A stretch of DNA of 64,000 bases from Acidimicrobiia bacterium (lineage in GTDB: Bacteria > Actinomycetota > Acidimicrobiia > Acidimicrobiales > Aldehydirespiratoraceae), in NCBI GenBank assembly GCA_022828135.1, contig JAJEJB010000003.1, positions 514 through 64,513 on the forward strand, in the 5' to 3' direction. Below are positions 41,501-48,785 of this stretch, in pieces. A model generated the notes under the pieces. The model had not been told where the DNA came from and made no database searches. It was given only the letters and a program-made list of their open reading frames with translations. How positions within the stretch are numbered: position 1 is the first letter of the stretch; each line of letters opens with the position of its first letter. The translations under genes were made by a program, and so were the position numbers.

Positions 41501-44282
41501 GGCCGGCACACCGCCGACGTCGGTGGCCTTTGGGTCGAACGTGCGCAACGCTGCGCTCACGCTGGCCACGATCGACGACGACACCTCCGAACCCGACAGC
41601 GCCATCATCGCGACGGTCGTTCCGCGCCATGACTACGGCATCGCCGCGCCCGGCAAAGCGGTCGCCTTTATTGCCGAGGACGATTCACCGGTCTCGGCTG
41701 ATGTTTGTGTGGTGGGGTTGTCGGGCGACGTGAGCCTTTCCCATTCGTGGATCGACATGTGTGGTTCTGCGGAAGGACAAGGCCGTTACGCGCGCTACTA
41801 CTCGTTCTCGTTGGCGAGTGCGAGCACGGTGACGATCGATCTTGAGGCGTCGGTAGACACATATCTGCGCCTGCGGAGAGGTTCCAACAAGAAGTCCGGT
41901 GCCACCTTGACCTTTGACGATGACGGCGGCGCCGGGACCAACTCTCAAATCATTGAGGCGCTGACGGCGGGCGATTACACGATAGAGGCGACCACTTACT
42001 ACCAAGCCAGGACGGGGCCATTCACTTTGACCTTGACGGGCGCTGGTCTGCCCGCGCCGCCGCCGACGGAGCCGGAGGTGAGCATCACGGCAGGCAGCGC
42101 TGTCGTCGAGGGCCATAGTGCGGTGTTCACTGTCACGGCCGATCCGGTGCCGTCGAGTGCGTTGACAGTGGATGTGACGGTCGCTTCGTCGGGTGACTTC
42201 GGTGCGAGCACAGGGCCGCGGCAGGTGACGATTCCTGCTTCGGGCAGCGCAACGTTGTCGGTCGCCACCACCAACGACATTGTCGACGAAGCAGACGGGT
42301 CGGTCACTGTCACCGTAACCAGCGGCTCGGGCTACACCGTGTCGCCCGCCGCGGGTGCAGCGGCTGTCGCGGTGAGCGACGACGACGATCCGGTGTGCGC
42401 CCCGAACCTTCCCTCCGATGCGGTGACGGTGTCGGAGGTGACGGGCTGGCGTGACGCTCACGATCATGACAGTGCGCATGTGCTGCGCTGGAACCGGGTG
42501 CTGACCGCTCTGGGCGCCGACACCGGCGAGACCGCCATGACCGTGGCCGAGTCGCAGGCGAATGAGGATCAGTTCATGGCGTCGCGCTGGGATCGGGTCA
42601 CTCGCACCCTCCGGGCGCTGGAGGCATGCAACAACCCGCCGGTGGAGCCCGAGGTGAGCATCACAGCCGGTTCCGGTGTCACTGAGGGCGGCGACGCGGT
42701 GTTCACCGTCGCGGCAAGCCCGGCGCCGTCGGCGGCGTTGCTAGTGGATGTGACGGTGGCGCAGAGCGGCGATTTCGGCGCGGCGACGGGCTCCCATCAG
42801 GTGACGGTCTCCACGGCTGGTTCGGGTTCGCTGACGTTGTCCACGACCAACGATGATGTTGATGAGCCGGATGGTTCGGTGACGGTGACGGTCGATGACG
42901 GCTCGGGCTACTCCGTGTCGTCCACGGCTGGCTCCTCCACGGTTGCGGTGGCCGATGATGACGATCCGCCGCCGCCGGTGTGCGCGCCGCAGTTGCCGTC
43001 TGATGCGGTGACGGCGTCGGAGGTGACGGGCTGGCGTGACGCTCACGATCATGACAGTGCGCATGTGCTGCGCTGGAACCGGGTGCTGACCGCTCTGGGC
43101 GCCGACACCGGCGAGACGGCCATGACCGTGGCCGAGTCACAGGCGAATGAGGATCAGTTCATGGCGAGCCGCTGGGACCGCGTCACGCGAACGCTTGAAG
43201 CGCTCGCACAGTGCAACAATCCGCCGCCTCCGCCGCCCCCTCCGCCGCCGCCTGCTACGCCTGAGGTGAGCATCACCGCCGGCGGCGGGATCACCGAAGG
43301 CGGCGACGCAGCGTTCACCGTCGCTGCCGACCCCGCGCCCCCAAGCCCGCTGACGGTTGATGTCGCCGTTGCCGAGACGGGCGACTATGGCGTGAGCACT
43401 GGATCGCGCCAGGTCACGATCCCCACCAGCGGCACCGCCACACTGACCGTCGCCACGACCAACGACAGCACCGACGAAGCAGACGGGTCGGTCACCGCCA
43501 CCGTGAGCAGCGGTCAGGGATACACCGTTTCGAGCACTGCGGGCTCCGCGGCCGTGGCAGTGAGCGACGACGACGATCCCGCACCCCCTCCGCCGCCGCC
43601 GGTGATTGAGCCCGAGGTGTCCATCGCTGCGGGTGCGGGCGTGTCCGAGGGCGGCGGCGCAGTCTTCACTGTGACCGCGGATCCGGCGCCGTCGGCTGCG
43701 TTGACGGTGGACGTGACGGTCGCGCAGAGCGGCGATTTCGGCGCGGCGACGGGTTCTCGGCAGGTCACGGTGCCCACGTCTGGAAGCGCAGCGCTGACGG
43801 TGTCCACCACCGACGACAGCACCGACGAGGCCGACGGTTCGGTGACGGTGACGGTCGATGACGGCTCGGGCTACACGGTCTCCGCGACACAAGCCTCGGC
43901 GACGGTCGCCGTCGCCGACGACGACGACCCGCCCCCGCCGGCGTCGAAGCCGTCGATCTCAGTGGGCGACGCGACGGCCGGCGAGGGCGACGGCGCGGTC
44001 GGGTTCACCGTGGAGCTCAGCGCCGCGAGCGCCGGCACGGTGACGGTGTACTACTCCATGTACGGCGGCACCGCGACGGCCTATGACGACTACCGGCCCG
44101 AGTGGGGCAGCGTCACCTTCGCCCCAGGCGAGACCTCCCAAACCGTGCAGGTCTCGCTCATCGACGACCGCACCCCCGGCGAGGGAACCGAGACCTTCGT
44201 GCTGAGGCTGCGCCTCTTCGACACCACCCACGCCACAATGGGCGACGGCCAAGCCACCATGACCATCACCGACAACGACTAG
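38583..44282 (+). CDS. 1,899-aa exported multidomain protein: swivel-His plus ATP-grasp (PEP-utilising/PPDK_N-like) core, Calx-beta-like repeats, PPC domain
   Basis: GTG start and an N-terminal signal/anchor (FAVALSVILVAGLL). A DGDCIDDITELNDLGN Ca-binding-like motif follows. The swivel-His motif GIITTVPQTPLSHVNLRA has its His codon at 39783-39785. ATP-grasp signatures FGVKAANVAEL, GFAIPF and RYRSSTNNEDLPNFNGAGLYDS are present. Eight roughly 105-aa beta-type repeats are present, seven of them ending in Asp runs. There is a PPC-like domain at aa ~1041-1153 and a terminal Calx-beta-type unit. Confidence 0.9.
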   Translation: MSSAARPAAISSSGSTERSTLSSSRPFPRLFAVALSVILVAGLLEVGWAGAAAGTSSQSSTSTLGPCDTGWVAPTPTAVAVTSVPIKVASTSDDYFVLYVNRTLRGGTSTDIAVSVTLGQPGTTTLSDNLAALDAGDYRVEKYQVASPADIDGDCIDDITELNDLGNLNPINPASTMSVDRGRTAIDSHTTFQQMSYQGKAVLIDTHLRNLEYVKFWLLRPPGGEPEIYFMNTNTHRSHINFAIALPLPHAKRAGAMRGEIVFHPNVVAPDGSLGTYRFAFQPLDRFTFEDVAYSYELLAAAMPALANNLMYYPMPSNVDLYEKEKAKYDASRVNVLLQNDVMPDVEYTMLNEAEGYGLLREIEPGETPGPRDVAILARLPNDLPRVAGIITTVPQTPLSHVNLRAIQNRVPNAFIRDALDDDDIGDLIDTHVYYKTAASGYTLRAATKAEVDAHHATSRPANAQVPGRDLTVQAVTSLDDIDFDDWNAFGVKAANVAELSGLTTLASGVAPDGFAIPFYFYDEFMKQATVSEETLLGKKKWPDDEKITLAAGTTLADAVTQMLAHTKFQADYDIQEEMLDDLRDAIEDATTPQFIIDALVAMHAKYPDGQSLRYRSSTNNEDLPNFNGAGLYDSKTQDPDETLNDGIDKSIKGVWASLWNFRAFLEREYHRVDHTATAMGVLVHPNYSDELANGVAVSFDPITELDDMYYVNTQLGEDLVTNPEANSVPEQLLLDSAGTANVLARSNLAEADKLLMTDAQMVQLRRSLKIIHDHFATLYGIADGDDFAMEIEFKITAANKLAIKQARPWVFAPPLSLTPSVTLAFGAAEVAEGSPLSLTVARIGGILADPLTVDLSWSESGAMLAGTPPTSLTISANTTSATVTVATTDDNTPEPDSVVTVTIGPSSDYEAAGTGTASATATDDDRSTVKIKPPQTALSEGDSVVFALTRTGGDMTKVLVVDVAVSETGAMLAGTPPTSVAFGSNVRNAALTLATIDDDTSEPDSAIIATVVPRHDYGIAAPGKAVAFIAEDDSPVSADVCVVGLSGDVSLSHSWIDMCGSAEGQGRYARYYSFSLASASTVTIDLEASVDTYLRLRRGSNKKSGATLTFDDDGGAGTNSQIIEALTAGDYTIEATTYYQARTGPFTLTLTGAGLPAPPPTEPEVSITAGSAVVEGHSAVFTVTADPVPSSALTVDVTVASSGDFGASTGPRQVTIPASGSATLSVATTNDIVDEADGSVTVTVTSGSGYTVSPAAGAAAVAVSDDDDPVCAPNLPSDAVTVSEVTGWRDAHDHDSAHVLRWNRVLTALGADTGETAMTVAESQANEDQFMASRWDRVTRTLRALEACNNPPVEPEVSITAGSGVTEGGDAVFTVAASPAPSAALLVDVTVAQSGDFGAATGSHQVTVSTAGSGSLTLSTTNDDVDEPDGSVTVTVDDGSGYSVSSTAGSSTVAVADDDDPPPPVCAPQLPSDAVTASEVTGWRDAHDHDSAHVLRWNRVLTALGADTGETAMTVAESQANEDQFMASRWDRVTRTLEALAQCNNPPPPPPPPPPPATPEVSITAGGGITEGGDAAFTVAADPAPPSPLTVDVAVAETGDYGVSTGSRQVTIPTSGTATLTVATTNDSTDEADGSVTATVSSGQGYTVSSTAGSAAVAVSDDDDPAPPPPPPVIEPEVSIAAGAGVSEGGGAVFTVTADPAPSAALTVDVTVAQSGDFGAATGSRQVTVPTSGSAALTVSTTDDSTDEADGSVTVTVDDGSGYTVSATQASATVAVADDDDPPPPASKPSISVGDATAGEGDGAVGFTVELSAASAGTVTVYYSMYGGTATAYDDYRPEWGSVTFAPGETSQTVQVSLIDDRTPGEGTETFVLRLRLFDTTHATMGDGQATMTITDND

Positions 44283-44322
44283 AGGCCGAGCGGATAGACC
44301 CCGCTGCGACAAGACCGCTCTC
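44281..44322. repeat. Short family-A-related element between the convergent giant gene and mshA
   Basis: It reads agaggccgagcggatagaccccgctgcgacaagaccgctctc. The first 17 nt equal the reverse complement of 12311-12327. It starts inside the TAG stop of the giant gene. Confidence 0.6.
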
Positions 44323-44340
44323 ACCTACCCGCGCACGCGC

Positions 44341-45558
44341 TTAGCCGCGAGCGCAGTCGACCAGCACCCGGGTGGCGAGACCGTCGAAGATTCTGCGCAG
44401 GCGGCCGGCGGTGGCCGTCCAGGAGTACCGACCGGCCATCTCGGCGCCCCGGCGGGCCATGGACGCGGCCAGCGCCGAGTTGTCGAGGATGGACAGCACC
44501 GCCTCGGTGTAGCGGGCCGGGTCGCGTTCCGGGATGCGGAAGCCGTTGCGACCGTGGTCCACCAGCGTTCGCAGCCCGCCCACGTCGGCAGCGACAACCG
44601 GCACGCCACAGGCTGCAGCCTCCAGGGCGACGAGGCCGAACGACTCCGACCGGCTGGGCACGAGGCACACATCCGCGGCCCGGTAGTAGGTCGAGAGCAG
44701 GTGGTGCGGTTGCGGGGGAACCAACGCGACGCGTCCTTGCAGGCGGTGGCGGCGGACGGCGCGGTCGAGTCGCAGGAGTTCGCGCTCTCCGTCGGGACCC
44801 GAGGCGCCCCCCACCACGAGGAGCTGGGCGTCGCCGTAGCGACGGCGAAGGCCGGCGAGGGTCTCCACGGCTACGTCGAGACCCTTCAAGGGCTGAATAC
44901 GACCGACGAACAGCAGCACCGGGCCGTCACCCAGCCCCAGCGCGGCGCGGGCTCCCGGGCGCGACCCCACCGAGAACACGGCCCCGTCGACGCCGGGCGC
45001 CACCACGTCGATGCGTTTGGGATCGGCGCCGTACAGCCCCGCGAGCTGCTGCAACTCCGTCACTGAGTTGGCCGTGATGACGTCGGAGCAGGCGATCACC
45101 TCCGCCTCGGCATCGATTCGGCGCTGCGGTTCGGGATCACCGGTCTCGGCCTTGACTCGAGCCAGCGTGTGGAAGGTGGACACGAGCGGCAGGTCGAGCT
45201 CGTGCTTCAGGCGGTGGCCGGCCAGCCCCGACAGCCAGTAGTTGGCGTGCAGCACGTCTACCGGGTGCTGCTGGAGCCACGCTCCGACACCGTCGGCGAA
45301 GTCCTCCACCACGCCCGGGAGCGACTCCTTGGACATTTCGGTGGCTCCGGCAGCCACATGGACGACTCTGAATCCGGGCTCCACGTCGACGACGGTGGGC
45401 CCGTCGCGGTTGCGCCTCACGAAAACGGTGGCGTCGATGCCTGTCTGGGCCAGCGCGGAGACGAGCTCCCGCACGTAGACGTTCATGCCGCCCGCGTCGC
45501 CCCGTCCGGGCAGCACGAGCGGAGATGTGTGAAGCGACAGGACCGCGGCGCGACTCAC
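44341..45558 (-). CDS. mshA: D-inositol-3-phosphate glycosyltransferase (mycothiol biosynthesis)
   Basis: 405-aa GT4 enzyme with a GTG start. The N-terminal LSLHTSPLVLPGRGDAGGMNVYVRELVSALAQTG is the MshA hallmark, and there is a C-terminal E-x7-E region (PSRSESFGLVALEAAACGVPVVA). Confidence 0.9.
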   Translation of the reverse strand: MSRAAVLSLHTSPLVLPGRGDAGGMNVYVRELVSALAQTGIDATVFVRRNRDGPTVVDVEPGFRVVHVAAGATEMSKESLPGVVEDFADGVGAWLQQHPVDVLHANYWLSGLAGHRLKHELDLPLVSTFHTLARVKAETGDPEPQRRIDAEAEVIACSDVITANSVTELQQLAGLYGADPKRIDVVAPGVDGAVFSVGSRPGARAALGLGDGPVLLFVGRIQPLKGLDVAVETLAGLRRRYGDAQLLVVGGASGPDGERELLRLDRAVRRHRLQGRVALVPPQPHHLLSTYYRAADVCLVPSRSESFGLVALEAAACGVPVVAADVGGLRTLVDHGRNGFRIPERDPARYTEAVLSILDNSALAASMARRGAEMAGRYSWTATAGRLRRIFDGLATRVLVDCARG

Positions 45559-45588
45559 GAACGATGGAGGATATCTGTCGTCTGTTGG

Positions 45589-45834
45589 CTAGCCGCCCGA
45601 GACGGGGGGCAGCACGGCAATCTCGTCGTCGTCTCCTACGGGTGCGTTGGGCGCGGTCGGCTCGCCGTTGCACCACACCTGACAAGTCTCCAGCAGCCCG
45701 GCAAAGTCATGGCCATAGCGGTCACAGGCCTCCTCCAAGACCTCTCGGACGGTGGCGCCGGGCACCCTGTCACGACCGGTCCCGGCCGCCTCCCGAGCCG
45801 ATGCGAACAGTCGCAGACGCGCCACGGGCGCCAT
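45589..45834 (-). CDS. MoaD/ThiS/CysO-type sulfur-carrier protein
   Basis: The start was trimmed to the ATG at 45832-45834 (MAPVARLRLFASAREAAG...). The 81-aa product ends in ...AVLPPVSGG, the diagnostic C-terminal Gly-Gly. Confidence 0.7.
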   Translation of the reverse strand: MAPVARLRLFASAREAAGTGRDRVPGATVREVLEEACDRYGHDFAGLLETCQVWCNGEPTAPNAPVGDDDEIAVLPPVSGG

Positions 45835-45898
45835 GGTAGTCATGGCCGGCAGGCATCCGCGGCCTGCTGATGCCGTCGGGTTACGGTCGCTCGCGATC

Positions 45899-46501
45899 AT
45901 GGTCAATATTCTCGTCGTCCGTCACGCCGAGTCCGTCTGGAACCTGGACGGCCGCTGGCAGGGCCACGCCGACCCCCCGCTGTCGGTCGCGGGCGCTGCT
46001 CAGGCGCGGGCCGCAGCCGCCAACCTGGACGGTGTCGAGTGCATCGTCTCCAGCGATCTTGACCGGGCTCGCGAGACTGCCGAGATCATCGCCGAATCAC
46101 TCGGCACCGGGCCGGTGACCTGCGATCCGGGATGGCGCGAGCGCAACGTGGGCCTGTGGCAGGGGCTCACCAGCGAGCAGATCGAGCGCGACTTCCCCGG
46201 CGATCTGGCCGCAGGGAACTATCCACCCGGCTGGGAAAGTGACGAGTCGCTGATCGAGCGTGTGTTCGACGCCGCGCACCGCAGCGCGGCCCGGGCCTCG
46301 TCCGGTGATGTGCTGGTTGTGTCACATGCCGGTGTTATCTATACACTTGAAAGGTATTTCGGATGCGCCTTCAGGCGCATCGGCAATCTCGGTGGTCTCC
46401 GGATCCTGGTGCAGTCGGGTGACGTGCGCTTGCAAGGCCGAATCGCGCTCACTGGCGACGGTGCGTGCCTCAGGCCCGCTGCCACAACGGAGCGACGATG
46501 A
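45899..46501 (+). CDS. Histidine phosphatase (phosphoglycerate mutase-like) family protein
   Basis: Start at the ATG at 45899 (MVNILVVRHAESVWN...). It contains the RHxE catalytic motif, SSDLDRARETA and VVSHAGVI. Confidence 0.85.
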   Translation: MVNILVVRHAESVWNLDGRWQGHADPPLSVAGAAQARAAAANLDGVECIVSSDLDRARETAEIIAESLGTGPVTCDPGWRERNVGLWQGLTSEQIERDFPGDLAAGNYPPGWESDESLIERVFDAAHRSAARASSGDVLVVSHAGVIYTLERYFGCAFRRIGNLGGLRILVQSGDVRLQGRIALTGDGACLRPAATTERR

Positions 46502-47064
46502 GCGTTATCGAAACACCCCTTGGCGACGCCGAGGAGGCGCCCACGCCCCAGAGTCTCCCGCCCGTGCGGGTGATCCGCAGTTCCAAGCGACAGAAGACGG
46601 TGTCGGCCCGCATGTCGGACGGCGTGCTGGTCGTGCGGGTTCCAGCGTGGACCACGAAGGACGAGGAGCAGGCCCTGGTGAGCAAGGTCCTGACCCGCTT
46701 CGAGGAGAAGTGGCGGTGCGGCCACCTGCCGCTGGAGCCCAGGGCCCGGGAGCTCGCGGCCCGCTTCGGCCTTCCCGAGCCGCGCTCGATCCAGTGGTCG
46801 TCCCGGCAGCGCCTGCGTTGGGGATCCTGCTCGACCGGAAGCGGCGACATCCGGATCTCGACCCGGCTGGCCGAGGCACCCCCCTGGGTCCTCGACCATG
46901 TGATCATCCACGAGCTGGCGCACCTCGTCGTAGCCGAGCACTCACCCGAGTTCCAGGCCCTCGTGAACCGCAACCCCTACGCGGAGCGAGCCGAAGGGTA
47001 CCTGTTGGCCCTCAGCGACCTCGGCCGCACAGCGAGGCCGTCACAGGACGCCCTCGCCAGCTGA
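46498..47064 (+). CDS. YgjP-like (DUF45/M48-type) metal-dependent hydrolase
   Basis: The ATG at 46498 overlaps the upstream stop (ATGA). It contains RLRWGSCSTGSGDIRISTRL and HELAHL. Confidence 0.8.
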   Translation: MSVIETPLGDAEEAPTPQSLPPVRVIRSSKRQKTVSARMSDGVLVVRVPAWTTKDEEQALVSKVLTRFEEKWRCGHLPLEPRARELAARFGLPEPRSIQWSSRQRLRWGSCSTGSGDIRISTRLAEAPPWVLDHVIIHELAHLVVAEHSPEFQALVNRNPYAERAEGYLLALSDLGRTARPSQDALAS

Positions 47065-47073
47065 CACCCCCGA

Positions 47074-47313
47074 TCAGCTGTTCCCAGCCGCGGGATCGCC
47101 GGCTGACTCTTCGAGTTGGGCTGCGAGTGTCTCGGCCGCTTCCAGGTTGTCGGTGTCGAGCGCGGAGAGGGCTGAGTCCACGGTGTCCAGGTCCCGCTCG
47201 ATGCCTTCGAGTTGGGCCGCGCTGCGAGCCGCTTCGCCGTCGGGAGGTGGGTGGTCGTCCGCCTCGCCGGCGGCTTGACCCTCCGGGGGCACCGCCCCGC
47301 CTGTCTCGTCCAT
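47074..47313 (-). CDS. Small acidic hypothetical protein
   Basis: The internal ATG of the track ORF 47074-47451 gives a 79-aa product (MDETGGAVPPEG...LEGIERDLDTVDSALSALDTDNLEAAETLAAQLEES). It is helical/acidic with no recognised family, so this is weak. Confidence 0.3.
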   Translation of the reverse strand: MDETGGAVPPEGQAAGEADDHPPPDGEAARSAAQLEGIERDLDTVDSALSALDTDNLEAAETLAAQLEESAGDPAAGNS

Positions 47314-47365
47314 GCCAAGAGAGTAACCGCGGCGCGCGCACCCGAGATCTGAGAGACTGGGCGCC

Positions 47366-47737
47366 GTGGCTCTCAACGTTCTCGGCGGCGAGTTGCAGCC
47401 GTGCTCCTTCGACCCGCTCACCGGCTGGTTCCGGGACGGCTGCTGCAACACCGACTCCGGCGACTACGGCGTGCACACAGTGTGCGCGGTTATGACCGCC
47501 GAGTTCCTTGAATTCTCAAGGGCCGCAGGCAACGATCTCTCGACCCCGCAGCCGGCCATCGGCTTCGACGGGCTGTCGCCCGGCGACCACTGGTGCCTCT
47601 GCGCACCTCGTTGGACGGAGGCGCTCGAGGCCGGAGCCGCGCCCCAGGTCGTGCTGGAGGCGACCCACGCCCGCACGCTGGAATGGGCGAACCTCAGCGA
47701 CCTGAACGCCCACCGCTTCACGGGCGAGCCTGCCTGA
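47366..47737 (+). CDS. DUF2237 family protein
   Basis: 123-aa product with LNVLGGELQPCSFDPLTGWFRDGCCNT...HTVCAVMTAEFLEFS...GDHWCLCAPRW, the characteristic DUF2237 Cys pattern. Confidence 0.8.
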   Translation: MALNVLGGELQPCSFDPLTGWFRDGCCNTDSGDYGVHTVCAVMTAEFLEFSRAAGNDLSTPQPAIGFDGLSPGDHWCLCAPRWTEALEAGAAPQVVLEATHARTLEWANLSDLNAHRFTGEPA

Positions 47738-47767
47738 AAGCGTCGCGGTCGCTGCCAGAATGGGGGC

Positions 47768-47840
47768 GGGCCGCTAGCTCATCGGGTAGAGCAGGAGACT
47801 TTTAATCTCAAGGTGCCGGGTTCGAGCCCCGGGCGGCCCA
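47768..47840 (+). tRNA. tRNA-Lys (anticodon UUU)
   Basis: A manual cloverleaf fold gives acceptor GGGCCGC/GCGGCCC, D arm GCTC-atcgggta-GAGC, anticodon arm GGAGA-CTTTTAA-TCTCA (one 27:43 mismatch), variable loop AGGTG and T arm CCGGG-TTCGAGC-CCCGG, with discriminator A. It is 73 nt and CCA is not encoded. Confidence 0.9.
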
Positions 47841-47880
47841 CCGGCTGGAACCTGTACGGCTAGCGGTACCCTCCACTGCC

Positions 47881-48762
47881 GTGGAGTGGAACCCGGGACC
47901 TCAGGACCAGGGTCCTTTCTGGCCCGGCGACGCCGAGCGGCGCAGCCCGCGGTGGGTGCCGATACTCGTAGCCGTCGCGTTGGTGATCGTGGTCGTGGGC
48001 GGCGTGATCTGGTGGCTCGGTCGCGACGGTGGAGACGACGGTGACACTCCGGCCGCCGCGGACGGCACCGAGGAGTTGAGCCAGGACAGCGAAGCGGCCG
48101 CGGCGCCCGCCGTCGAAGATGACGACGACGGGAGCACAGGGAGCGGGAGCACAGGGAGCGGGAGCACGGGGGACGGGAGCATCGGGGACGGGGCGACCAC
48201 GACCTCAACCTCCGCGGCCACCTCCACTACGACCACGGTCCAGGCCACCACCACCACGATCACGACCGTGCCGCCGGACAACCCGGAGCAATTCGGGCCG
48301 CCGAGGCTCAGCAACCGATCCACCGTCTCGACCGTCGGCCTCGACGAGGTCCACTTCGGGATGACGGTCGCCGACGCCCAGCAAGCCGCGGGGACGGTGC
48401 TTGTGCCCGCGGGACCGACCGGCGCCTGCTACCACGTCGTGCCCCACGACGCTCCCGAGGGGATCGTCTTCCTGGTGCACTCGGGCACCATCGAGCGAGT
48501 GGACATCAACAGCGGGCCGATCACGACCCGCTCCGGCGTGGGCGTCGGGTCTCCCGAGAGCATGGTCACCGACCTCTTCGGCGACCGCATCGAGCGGGAG
48601 GTTCGGGTCGACGGCACCGTCGACCTGGTCTTCGTGCCGAGGGACCCGGGAGACCAGAACTACCGGGTGGTGTTCAACGTCTCCGAGGGAGCCGTGCGGG
48701 CCTTCAAGTCCGGGCGCCTGCCCCAGGTGATGCAGGACACCGGCTGCGAGACCCCCCAATAG
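47881..48762 (+). CDS. Hypothetical single-pass membrane protein with acidic/Thr-rich linker and C-terminal globular domain
   Basis: 293-aa product with a GTG start and one TM (WVPILVAVALVIVVVGGVIWWL). The linker has GSTGSG repeats, encoded by 18-nt tandem DNA repeats at about 48130-48190. No family was recognised. Confidence 0.6.
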   Translation: MEWNPGPQDQGPFWPGDAERRSPRWVPILVAVALVIVVVGGVIWWLGRDGGDDGDTPAAADGTEELSQDSEAAAAPAVEDDDDGSTGSGSTGSGSTGDGSIGDGATTTSTSAATSTTTTVQATTTTITTVPPDNPEQFGPPRLSNRSTVSTVGLDEVHFGMTVADAQQAAGTVLVPAGPTGACYHVVPHDAPEGIVFLVHSGTIERVDINSGPITTRSGVGVGSPESMVTDLFGDRIEREVRVDGTVDLVFVPRDPGDQNYRVVFNVSEGAVRAFKSGRLPQVMQDTGCETPQ

Positions 48763-48785
48763 CAGACAGCGAGCTTGCGGAGCCG

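Noticed and set aside
39957-41630. 557-aa minus-strand ORF inside the giant gene, plus 41685-42479, 42703-43140 and 43137-43892.
   Set aside because: These are antisense to a reading frame with clear domain signatures. Their translations are Arg/Gly/His-rich with no recognisable features. The long open frames are a by-product of the GC-rich, repeat-rich coding strand.
43228-43260. Run of 11 consecutive Pro codons (and other PPPP linkers) in the giant gene, considered as a slippage or frameshift site.
   Set aside because: The reading frame continues cleanly into the next repeat. The codons are mixed (ccg/cct/ccc) rather than a homopolymer. Pro-rich linkers between extracellular repeats are common, and the only implication is EF-P dependence.
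48130-48190. 18-nt tandem repeats (GSTGSG) here and 12-nt repeats (EPAA/EPAV) at about 49783-49840, considered as special elements.
   Set aside because: These are in-frame low-complexity linkers between a TM anchor and a globular domain, which is common in actinobacterial envelope proteins. They are noted only as possible length-variable sites.
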